A DNA stretch of 64,000 nt. Source: Klebsormidium nitens. Lineage: Eukaryota; Plantae; Klebsormidiophyceae. Under the pieces are notes generated by a model, which was given only the letters and a program-made list of their open reading frames with translations, was not told the DNA's origin and did no database searches. This document shows, piece by piece, positions 42,501-52,911 of the stretch. Both the position numbers and the translations under genes were made by a program. The first letter of the stretch is position 1. Each line of letters starts with the position of its first letter. The stretch lies in assembly GCA_000708835.1 (NCBI GenBank), contig DF237241.1, positions 1 to 64,000 of the forward strand. Direction: 5' to 3'.

Positions 42501-45500
42501 CAGGCCATTCAATCTGTTGAATATTCACTGAGCACTGTAGACAGCAAGGCAAGGCAACTGCATCCAGTTCAAAGAAGCAGTAGGCAGAAACTGCAAATCA
42601 ATCAGCTGCATCAAGCACAAGAAAATCAACACAAGAACGAATCTGAGAGAGGGGCCAGCAACACCAAGCTGGCAACGAAAGGAGAAGGCTCTCACCCGTG
42701 CGCGGGAGGTCTCGGCATCGGCAGCCAGCACGCGCTCGAGGTCATCAACCTTGCTGTCAAGAATCTTCTTCCCGTGAGCGACATGCGCCAAGTCCATGCT
42801 CAGGTTCAGGGCCTTGGTCCTCAGTTCGGTTCCCTCCGACTGCGCCGCTTCCAGCTCAGCCTTCATAATGGCATTGGAAGAGGTTGCCTCCTCAAGGGCA
42901 GTCCTCAACTTCTCATCCTGCACGTGAGGCAAGGACAAGGGCATTTAGAAGCTGATCAGAAATGCAAGTAAGGGTCATGTTTGCACTCGAGCTCCACTTC
43001 CACAGGGGCAAATTGGCTGTCAACCCAAACTGGTTAAACTCCAAGTCATTGCCCTTTATCAAAGGCAGAAAAAACAACGTCATCGTCCTCTTGCTAATTT
43101 CTCTTCCGACTTTCTGCATATGAACACCAATTCAACAGCAAATGCAAGAATTTCCTTCAGAAGTTCAATCTGCAGAGATGCAAGATTCGACCAAATACAG
43201 GGTTGTCCTGGATTGCACAAGCCTATGTGGTCCTGAGAACAACTAATTGCATTTGGGGCACTCCACTCTCCAGATTGCAAGCTCCAGCAGCAATATGCCA
43301 CAAAAGGACACTGGAAATTAAAAAGGTAGAAGCGACCAAGCAAGGATTCGCTCCTCACCCGCACTCTAGATGCTTCGGTATCTGCTGCAAGTGCACGCTC
43401 AAGGTCGTCCACCTTCTCGTCGAGGATTCCCCTTGTCGTGCGCGCATGGACCAGGTCGAAATCCAGGCGCAGCAGCTTCTCCCGGAGATTGCTTGTCTCT
43501 GACTCCAGGCGGTCCACGTGCACTGCCAGCTGAGCGACGGACGAGGATGCGTCCGCCAGAGCACTCCGCAGCTTCTCATTCTGCAAAATGCAGCAAAAAC
43601 AAGTGATGAGTCAAAGCTCTTTCCAGACACCTGCTGACCAAGGTTAAGACGTCCTGAACTGAGAGCTAGACAGATTCCCACGTAAGACTGTAACTGATGA
43701 AACCAAGCATATCGGATGTTCCATCTCTCCTTGTTCAGCAGCTTGATCAAAGAGATGCAGAACAGCAAATGGCACCAATTTGGACGTTCACAAACGCCCT
43801 TCCTGCGGCCTGCATGAAGTGTCATCCACATTACCAAGCGTGCATGCTACTGGCCTTGAAAAGGGCTGGTTCTATGCACGAGTCGCATCTTTCTAGGGAA
43901 ACCTGGATTCTAAGCGTAATAATCAGGCTTAGGAGTAAGATGGCCCTACAATGCAGCACAAGGGGTGAAATCCAGCGAATTTTACTGGCTTTGAGCTGGA
44001 GTACGCAGCAGAAAAGTGGAAAAATGCGTGGCTGCTAAGGAGGGAGACGGTATCCAACTCGATAAAACTCTCGGGCCCCAGCAAAGCCCAAGATTATAGC
44101 AGAACCTAACTAGAACCTGACTGCCGTCTCTTTCCCTCAAAAAGACACGCAGTGCAAAACAACCCTGTCATCATCAATGACATGTCACTTGGTAATGACC
44201 GAGGGCTCACCACAGAAGAGAAACAGGAGGAGAGACAACCATGGCAGATTCACGCAGAAACATCTGTTAGAAACCCTCAGAAGCCGTATGGAGGAACCAG
44301 AAAAGAATGGGAACAAGGAGAAGTGCTCTTACATCGTCCGTGCGGGTCTCCATCACACGATGCAGGTACTGCACTTGGTCCTCAAAGATTGCCTTGCCTG
44401 CGCGGGCATTGGCAAGGTCCAAGTCCAGGCGCAAGAGCTTGAGCTGGAGGTCCGCAACCATCTCTGACGCCTCATGCGTCGACTCCTCTGGTTCGCGGGC
44501 CTGCGGGTACGAAGTGCAAAGGAAAAGCTTAGACAGCTGACCCAAATGCCTGCATCTTCCAGGATTGAGATTCAGGTCCCTGACATCGGGCTAGCATCTG
44601 CCGTGCATGCTTGCAAGTCAAACATAGGGAGCCCTGGCCCACACTCAAAAATGGGTCTCTGTAGGCAAAGGAACCCTTTGAAAGGGCACTTTGAAACGAC
44701 CTCAAATGACATGTAGGTCTGTCCTGAAGTGCAGTCAAACCTGCCAATCAAACCAGTCCAGGCTGAGACAAGAATCAGGAAAGATTCAATGCTGCCCGAA
44801 ACTTGGGATGGCTTCACATGGGAACAGTCTGGGCAGGAAGCACCTCAATCTGCTGCACACGGATTGGATAATTGAATTGTCGAGGCTCGACTGTTGCATG
44901 ATAAAGCTCCTACTGGACGCAGCAACCCTATCGAGAGTGAAGCGTCTGAACCTCTGTCAGGCGATGTTATGGCACTACTGATTGAGCCCCAGTCAGTCCA
45001 CCAGTCAGTCCAACATTCAAATGGTCCAACATTCCAACTGCAGGCTTGGGAAACTTTCAGGTCCTCTGCATTGGAATCGTGCCCCAGAACGGTCTGCCTT
45101 AGGCCAGCTCAATCAAGGAGAACGAGAAGACAAATGGGGCCCACAGCCTGCTCCCTCCTCGACACTTCTCTGCACAATCTCTCAGGCATACGGCAATTCT
45201 GTGAGATTTATTAGCCGGTGATTACCAAACAACATTGCTAGCATTTCTGGAAGAGCCTCTTATATCAGCAGCGTTTGAGGGCACCCAAGAATGTCAGGGT
45301 TGGTTAAAGACATGTCTCTCAGAACCATGTCTCTCAGAACCTCTGCGCCAATCTGATCAGAATTCATCAAAATCAACTCCCTGCAAATCAAAGCAATTGA
45401 AACTAAGGTGCTTGAGATTATACAGACTATGCGCCCACTCACCTGGTATGTAGGCTCGACATATGTAGGCTTAACGTATGTAGGCTCAACCTGGGGAATG

Positions 45501-47408
45501 ATGATGTCATCCTTCTCCTCCACAGCAGGGGCCGCGCTGAAGCTTGCAGAGTATGCGGGGGCCTCCACATGGGCAGGCTCCTTTGGCAGTGTATAGCTGC
45601 ATATTGGCAAGTGGTAACCATTATACTGTATGAAGGACTCGAGACTGTATGAAAGATTCGAGACCCTCCAAGAAGTCTGGAGTGCATGGACGGAGGCCCT
45701 TGCCTGTAAGACAAGTCCATCCAATCCTTGCATGGAGGTGCCCCTTCTTGGCAATCCACCATTTGGACCCTGCCAAGCATTGTCACTACAACAGTAGCAG
45801 GGTTGAGACAACCCAGTTGCAGGCTGTTTCCATGTCAGCTTCGACTTTGGAGGAACCCGAAAAATAAGGTCCAAGAATTGTGTCTCAACTGCATAGAAGC
45901 CCTGTACTTATTTGCCCACCCGGCTAATCCTTCCTTCCTTACCAGAAACTCAACTTCTTGGGGCTGCAGTGCCATGGATACATCTATCCAAGTAGTACCA
46001 ATACCCAATGGATCTCTCAGACTGGAGAATAGCCCAAAACCTGGACTGACCAGTCCCAAAGCTCTTCACAAGGTACTGACTCAAATCAGTCGGCTTTCTG
46101 GCTACTGTCCCTACTGGAGAAGAGCATGATGTCAACAAACTTCAACCCAAGAATCCAGAAATGATCGAGCAAAGATGGTCTCCTCCGCTGCCAACCCTGA
46201 TAACAGGCCCAGAAGAGCGTAATCTGTTGACCGCAAAAAAGCCGAAGGGGACACACAGACTCATCAACCTCATAGGTCCATATAATGTCACAAGACCAGC
46301 AGGTTGACGAAAAGAAGTTGGTGGAGAAGACTGCTTGTGGGATATCACTGCTCTTGATCCAATAACCCTGGCTGTCAACCTGCACAAGACCCCCTGCATG
46401 TCTCCTTCTAGAAGCAACCATCCACGTTCGGAACAGTACCGGCCATACAGCCAGTTCTTTTCCCTCTGGTCTGACACTTCAGGGTCTGCCCATCCAACAA
46501 TCTAAGTAAAAATTTCCCTGAGGTCAAACAGCTTCCAAATCTGAAGAAGAGGCTTGACACAAAAGCCCCTTGAGCACTTGCTTTTTGGACCAGAAGCTCC
46601 CTCACCTGTTGTCAGCCTCTGGCAGCTGGAAACTCTGCGCAACAGCTCCGTTCTGGTGTCCATTGTTGTCCTGGACATCATTCGTCCATGCCCCATCAGC
46701 AGCAGGCTCATCTGGCATCCTCTCCACGACAGCCACAGCATTGCACGCCCGGCAACGGGTCTGAACCCCATCCTTTGTTTTCTTGTTGGGTGCAAAGTCA
46801 CGCAACTCCTTGACGACTCTGCACTTTGAGCATTGCTTGGCGTGTGCCCAGGCCTCGTCCACCGACATGGACAAGTGGTACATATCCTTCCCAGAGCGGT
46901 CAGCAAGGCTAACTGCCACACACGCCCTGCACGAAGCCCTCAGCCCCTTCCCAGCCTTCTGGAAGTCAATCAAAGGCTTGACCCGGTGGCAAGCTATGCA
47001 AGTCTTCCCCTCCACATCAATCGAAACCCCTGCGGAATGGCTCTGAACTGTCACATGCTCCGCGTCTCCCGTCCCAACCGCCACGGCTCTGCTAGTTGTT
47101 GTGCGCATACTCCGCGAGTGACTCGATCCATGGGGCACCTCCCTAGAGCGTGAGATGTGAGCCCCCTTCTGCTCGCGCCCTGCGCTTGCACTGGCCTTCA
47201 CCCTAATGCGACTGCCAACCAGCGCTTGCTCTGAACTCTTCAAGTGAAAGTCCAAAGCACCTGCCAAAAACGTCTTTGTGAAATCAGTTAGAGGAAGATG
47301 GACAAAAGGTCTAGTAGATGCTGCATTCCCCCTGGCTGCGGACGCCCCGAACTTGGATGTGCAGGGCTTGGTCGCGGCACTGGTCTGCAGCTGGACAGAG
47401 GCCGCCAT
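30505..47408 (-). CDS. Uncharacterised giant (~1949 aa) putatively plastid-targeted protein: transit-peptide-like N-terminus, two CxxC-CxxC zinc fingers, ~1430-aa exon-repeat coiled coil, acidic tail with hydrophobic segment; 27 exons
   Basis: Exons (minus) 47408-46606, 45596-45443, 44500-44333, 43580-43359, 42917-42696, 42156-41959, 41422-41201, 40834-40637, 40387-40166, 39926-39729, 39386-39189, 38853-38656, 38427-38230, 37974-37777, 37389-37192, 36876-36679, 36346-36137, 35827-35618, 35169-34993, 34566-34420, 33991-33866, 33657-33532, 33024-32848, 32532-32386, 32007-31882, 31500-31351, 30963-30505 total 5850 nt. Every exon has a canonical CAG acceptor and GT donor, and the joined frame is open. 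The exon1-exon2 join is the least certain. Confidence 0.8.
32848..44500 (-). repeat. Array of 18 paralogous coding exons (56-74 aa each), consensus ..KL.AA...NAELEA.V..L..EG..LRT.LL..DFDL.H..A.KAIL.EKV.DLER.IA.HD.
   Basis: Manual alignment of the translations of exons 3-19 and 23. Nine exons are exactly 198 nt, four are 222 nt, two are 210 nt, two are 177 nt and one is 168 nt. The introns between them show no obvious similarity. Confidence 0.9.
37395..37520. repeat. 42-bp tandem repeat x3 (degenerate) abutting the 3' splice site of exon 15 of the giant gene
   Basis: Units 37395-37436 CAACGTTTTAACCTGTCTCAGGAGACAGAAAAGGGCAGCGGA, 37437-37478 CAACGTTTTTGACTATCTGAAGTGCCAGAAAGGTGCAGCGTA, 37479-37520 CGCCGTTTTGGACTGTCTCAGGTGCCAGGACCGTGAAGCGGC. 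Confidence 0.75.
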
Positions 47409-47471
47409 CGCTGAGCGTTGTGCTTTCCCTAAGCTCTTGCGAGGCCCCTCAACACAGTCTTCTTCTCAAGC

Positions 47472-47479
47472 TGACGTCA
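47472..47479. promoter_or_regulatory. Palindromic C-box/CRE TGACGTCA just upstream of the giant gene start codon
   Basis: Exact palindrome about 64 bp upstream of ATG 47408, with a second copy at 48403-48410. This is a motif match only. Confidence 0.3.
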
Positions 47480-47903
47480 CACAAAAATCCCTAGGCCTTT
47501 GTATGTACAAGTTAGTAAACAAGCGTCTCCTCCATGAAAAAGCGCCTTGGTCCTGGATAGAATTTGCTCTTCCTTGTCCACTTTCAAATTCCAGTTCTGT
47601 CACGTAGGCATCTAGACTACGGTCTATCTTTTCCATGAGAATTCGGAGCCAGCGACAAGTGTGGGGCTGTGGCTGGTACGCAACCTGATCTGTTCAATTT
47701 TATCTCGTAGGTACAATGCATGGTTAAGAAGGGCGTTGGGTTTTGAGGAACCCACGTGGGACGTTGCGGCGTCCGTGATGGGGCAAAATATACCTTCAAA
47801 GTCGCTGCAAATTCTAGCACGTGCGGATCGCGGCGACGGAAACAGTTGCACTCTATGGTTACTGGTCGCTATATGCAGATGCATCGGTATGCCCTCTTTA
47901 ATG

Positions 47904-48173
47904 CCGTACCGCCAAGGGAATTCGCCACCTTTTGGTGCGAAAAGTCAATTTCGTTCGTTTTGAGGTTTCACCCGTGTACTTTGAGAGTTTATTTTACATT
48001 TCGCACAAAGCATTTTTTCGCTTTCTTTTGCCCCACAAAACAGGACTTTTCACCATTTTGAGGTAATTCTTTAGTTTCGCCTTTTCGCAGTTAGGGTCCC
48101 ATTTACATACTTTCTAATTCTTCGCACCGACCCCAAAATATTTATTTTCAGGCGATTTCCCTTGGCGGTACGG
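47904..48173. mobile_element. Candidate MITE (270 bp, 23-bp terminal inverted repeats)
   Basis: Left CCGTACCGCCAAGGGAATTCGCC (47904-47926) and right GGCGATTTCCCTTGGCGGTACGG (48151-48173) are reverse complements with one mismatch. There is a subterminal IR GGTGCGAA/TTCGCACC, a T-rich non-coding interior and TG on both flanks. Confidence 0.55.
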
Positions 48174-49264
48174 TGCATGTGATCATCATTGATGCGCAGG
48201 CCGCCACGCTGGGGACAATTGTGGGCCGCGGAACTTCGCAAAATTGGAAGACAATTTTAAACTTTCCAAGATTTTCATGTGGGCTGCGACGTCACTTTGC
48301 GAACTTAGGACTAGATTTTGAAAACCACTTTTTGGACCGTCCGAGTGGATGATTGTAGATAGTCAGAAGCCAGACTGATTGAACGTCCGAAACCCCACCA
48401 CATGACGTCACGGGATCACGGTCAAGTCCAGACCGGCAAGCGCGCGGCCGCGCCGAGCCCAGTGGTCAAACGTACTGCTGGCACTGAGTGACTCCGATCG
48501 TGCCAGATCGGATCGGACCGTCTTGTGGTCTTGAACCACCACCGGGCAGTATAAATACCTAGTGCTGGTTACCAGCTTTGCCATATTATCATCTGTGGCA
48601 CTTGAAATTTTGCGACGGGCGCATTGCCATTAGGCCGTTAGTAGCCTCGAAGGCCGCCTGAGTCCCCGGCCGCCCGGCCTGGCAGGGCCGGGCGGCGGCG
48701 GCGCAACAAGAGGCCCCGGTAATTGCCAGGCTCGCCGCCGGTGGCGAACTTTCATTTGGGATCGTTTAGAGCAATTTTTGCAACCGTGAATGACCACAAT
48801 CAGATCTGCCCGGCCGGAGTTAACCGAGAACACTGCTACTACGTCAGCCAGCCGCGCATGTAGCTGCCAGTACGCCCGCAAGAAATGCCTTGGGCGCTCA
48901 TGATGTTATGTGCCACCGTCTTGATTCTCAACTTCTACGTACCCTAACCAAAATAGACTTAAGTTCAACATCTCATTATAGTAGCCGTGCGTTGCAATCC
49001 CGACAATATCACATGATCTTACATGCATAAGCTTCAGAGACAGGGCAAGTGGCCATGCAAGGGTCATTGCAAGTTGAAAACATGCCACGACATGGTTGTT
49101 GTTGCTAATCAAAACAACTTTAGGCGTCGTTTCATAAAGGTGCATTTATGTTTGTTGCGGCAATATCTCCTTTTGGGCTACTACTCTTCAACGTAAGGCT
49201 GTTGCTTCGGTAAAGAGGAATCTCATCGAGCTGAATTGCCGGCCTGCCTAGAAAGACGACTTTA

Positions 49265-52200
49265 TCAGGCGTCCTTGTCCTTCCCTTTTGAACCTTTGTC
49301 TTCCTTCACTTCTTCGTAAGCATTTGTAACTGGGTTCAAGTAGTACCTGCAAATACAAGTCGTGAACCAGCATCAGCGTTCTCGAAGTTATGCTTTCCAA
49401 TCCTCAGACCTCAAGGTTGCAACAAAAAATAACCGCTTAACCCCAAAGCATCAAAGAGTGTATAGTACTCTGGATTCGTTTCACAGTGTCACCTTCCACA
49501 CCGAACTTGTCGTTCACTATGGGCACACGGTCACTTTCACTTACCATTGTTGAGTGCTAGCGCTGCAGTACAGCCCTGAGCCCGGATCGTAGTAGTAGCC
49601 CTGTTCACTATTGTAGTAGAACCTGCACAGAACTCAATTGCCTGAGGAAAAAGGCTGTGGCGGCTTTCCTAGAGGCTTTGCTCGGGGTTTCAACACAAGG
49701 CAGTACTCATCGGCCGAGCAGCCCATTCCAAACAAGCTAGCCAGAGGTGCTCGTAAGTGCTTTCGAATCTCTAGTTGGTCCATGCATGAAGCGGAGATGC
49801 AGTGGACAAGCGCGGAGGCTATACGTCTCTTGAATCACAAGCGGTTCAACATGGATTCCCGAACGGATCCAATGCATGCAATCGCTTGATTTCAGCCGAT
49901 CTTTGAAAAGGACGATGCCTATACTGAAGAACGTTATCGACGCTATCAGACACAATGGTTTTCAAAGCTTCTGGATGTACTGACGGCGAAGACCTGGTAT
50001 GAACTCACGGCAGGGCGAAGACTGCAACCTTATTAAATCGCTGAAGGGGTCTTCATCCTTCCGATAAAACTTGACGTACGATCCATCGATCAAAAGGAAA
50101 CTTCAGAAATTTTGCAGACCAACAGCCGTACAACATGCACTTCTCGGACACCGAGGCTTGCGAGATCTGACGACCTTCAACACGAGGTACTTTGAAAGGA
50201 CACGGACAAAGGGGAGGACGATATGAAGGCCACGGTTTGGTTTGACCCCGCAGACCGCTCACCCGGAAGTCTCGTCATAGACGAATCCAGAAGCTTCGGT
50301 CGGGATACCCCCCTCTGCCCCTCTGTTAGACGCGCCCCCGTTTGCAGAGGGCCCTGCCTTTTCCCTCCCGAGAGCGGGTGCAGCGTCATCATCCGCAAAC
50401 ATGTCGTCATCCTCCGTTGTTGCAGCAGCTGCCTGGGCGCGCAGCCGGTGGATCGCCTCGTAACCCTCTGCTTCCCGCAGAAACGTCTCCTTCTTGTCCG
50501 AGTAAACGTCTGGACAGAGATTTCCAGCGTTCAAAATTTCCACGACATCTGAATCCGAGTCGGCCGTCGTTAACGCAATTTAAGGCGCCCAAAATACAGA
50601 CCAGTGCAGACTGGGCAATAAGAAAGGGTGCAAAAGAGAACGAAGAGCTACCACAAGTCAAAGTGTGTCTTTTCCTAAGAATTACGGCTTAAATCGCAGT
50701 CCACAAAGAATGCAAGCCACAAGATTGTACTGGCTGCTGAAACATGCGCACACGCCCATACCATCTTGCCCTTCACGAGATAGTAGGGTGCCAGATTGCG
50801 CCAGGGCGCAGATCAAATCTAGAAAGAGGACAATGAGCAGCCAAACTGCGGGACAGCGTAAGTAACCACGGAATGAAAGAAGGTCGCAGATACGACTCAA
50901 AGCGAAAAACCTGAACGGCCGATTCCGGGCTATCTTTTAAGGAAAGCGAGAGCAGGAACCAAAGGGGAAAGCCTAGATTGAGACATCAGAATAATCATAA
51001 GGGTATCTTTCCACCTTGACTTCCAGAGAGAAACGACGTTGGCCACGAACACGAGCCTTTTCGACTCTCTGGAACGTTCTGAAAGAGCTCATCAGGACAG
51101 AAATGCATGCGGACCTGGTTCGGACTACTCACTGTATTCCCCTGCCTCCATTAGCCGGCTCGCGTCCTCCGTCAAGGCATCGAACTGCCTCTTCTCCTCA
51201 TCGCTCATCTTCTTCTCTTCTACCACGGGCACCCCCGGTGGTCCCCGCCCCCTCCCCCGACCGCCCGGCTTACTTCCGCTTTGCCCCCTTCCCGCACCCC
51301 CCAAGCGCCTCAGCCCCTGGAGCACAGTCTCCCCGTTCTGAAGCGAGTCTGCGATTCGCCGTTTGATGGCGGCCATCTCGCCCGTAGACATTTCCTCCTC
51401 GACACTGTCGGCTGCGGCCTGCTCCTCAGCCGCGCGCTTGGCCAGGCTCGGGTCCACCTTCACGCCCTCCAGCCAGGCGTCCTGCAACAGATGTTTGCGC
51501 CTCAGACATTGACCGATCATCTCCAATCTGTACCAGAATACAAAAGGTGAAGCAAGGCGAGTGCGAGTGCTGGCGAGTTGTGTTGCTGATTCAGAGCAGC
51601 CAGCGCAGCAGCCCCGCACAGGGCTTCGTTCGCTCATCAAGGAACATTTGAACGTGGAGTGAGCTCCTTGTGGCAGAGTGTTTCGACTTTACCCAGATGG
51701 TCAGACGATTCAGCTTTGTGTAAACCCCGTCCTGCGGCCAAATATCCCGCTCACCCGTGCATCGTTCTCCTGGCGGTATTCGACATAGTTGCCCTCGGCG
51801 TCGAAGTAGCCGTCCTCCCGCTCCTTCTTGAGATTGAAGGGCTCCAGCTTTGTCCCCTCGTCGTCCCGCACCAGGCCGTGCTCGTCATCATAGTCCTGAA
51901 CCAGAAGGTAGAGAGTTGACCGGCTCTGCTTAGAAAAGCTACAGAGTTCGCTCATACCTTTTGAGGTTGTTGGGAAACAGAAAAGGATAGGTTGTCGAGG
52001 AACAAAAGAGGATAACCTAAGCCAAAGTACAAACACTTGAGGATTGTGCATGGCCCACATGAAGCACTGTCAACAACGGGGGAACTTTCATGCACCTGGG
52101 GATGAACACCTCAAGACTGAGAAGAACCGTGTCACTGGATTCTTCTTGCAGAAGTCAGGACACCATACAGTATCATGCATGAGGAACATCTGAGTACCAA

Positions 52201-52911
52201 CTTCTCCCTTACTCAAGGCATACCACCGATTGCAGATACAAGAGTCAGTGAGATTGAGCTCAGAAAAAGTCCAGGATGGCCAATGTAACAAGAAGCCCAG
52301 CTTATCGGCAAGCCGAGACATCGCAAGTATAGTGATCAGACTTACCTCATAATCTTCCTCTGCCCCTCCGACATTGGTTCCGACATCTGTATCCTCTTTT
52401 AGTTTGTTCTTGCCCTTCTCCTTCCTTTTCACCGCTCGCTCCGTTGCAACAGCCCTCGCATCCGCGGCAATTATAGGCCCTCCTGCCTCATCCAATTCCA
52501 CTGCTTCCTCCTGAGCCTTCTTGCTTTTTGGGAAGCGCACCTTCTTGGCCCTGTTCCAGTAGCACGGGCCTAAGTCTTTGCTGACAGCATTGATTGAGCG
52601 ATTCTCGAACTCTTGAATCCTTGCAGAGACGAAATTGACGTAAGCTTGTCCTCTCCAACCAATCGAAGATGACTGTGCATTGGTTTCAAATCTCGCGAAA
52701 ATCCTGCATTATATTCAAAGTTACCAACAGAACACAGGAAAGAGTGGACTAATGCCTGGATAATTCATGCACCACGTCGCTCTACAAAGGCTAGGAGAGC
52801 TGCAGGCAAAGAGGCTCACTTCTGATCTTCTGCAGCGTCCTCATCGTCACCTTCATCACCCCCAAAGCGCTCCCGCCTCCGCTTGAGTATTTTGCCATCG
52901 GCGTCCGTCAT
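49265..52911 (-). CDS. CD2BP2: CD2 antigen cytoplasmic tail-binding protein 2 / Lin1 (U5 snRNP 52K) homologue with C-terminal OCRE-like aromatic repeat, 7 exons, ~397 aa
   Basis: Exons 52911-52820, 52550-52346, 51895-51755, 51481-51133, 50509-50263, 49622-49545, 49346-49265 total 1194 nt. Motifs: LEPFNLKKEREDGYFDAEGNYV, DAWL, GETVLQGLRRLG, LTEDASRLM and GFVYDETSGFYYNSEQGYYYDPGSGLY. Confidence 0.88.

Noticed and set aside
42264-42971. 235-aa plus-strand ORF (and similar antisense ORFs across 33-44 kb)
   Set aside because: Antisense to repeat exons and introns, with no coherent protein features.
32848-44500. Regularly spaced similar blocks interpreted as a CRISPR array or transposon tandem
   Set aside because: The blocks are ~200-nt coding exons conserved at protein level with splice sites. 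There are no identical short direct repeats or cas genes, and the context is eukaryotic.
46086-46477. Two overlapping 111-aa ORFs in intron 1 of the giant gene, and a plus-strand peptide AKKPKGTHRLINL faintly like a reverse-transcriptase motif
   Set aside because: The similarity is too short and unsupported by other RT motifs. The exon1-exon2 join works without these segments.
48072-48090. TTTCGCCTTTT resembling U5 snRNA loop 1
   Set aside because: It lacks the following ACTA, the flanking stem and an Sm site, and lies inside the candidate MITE.
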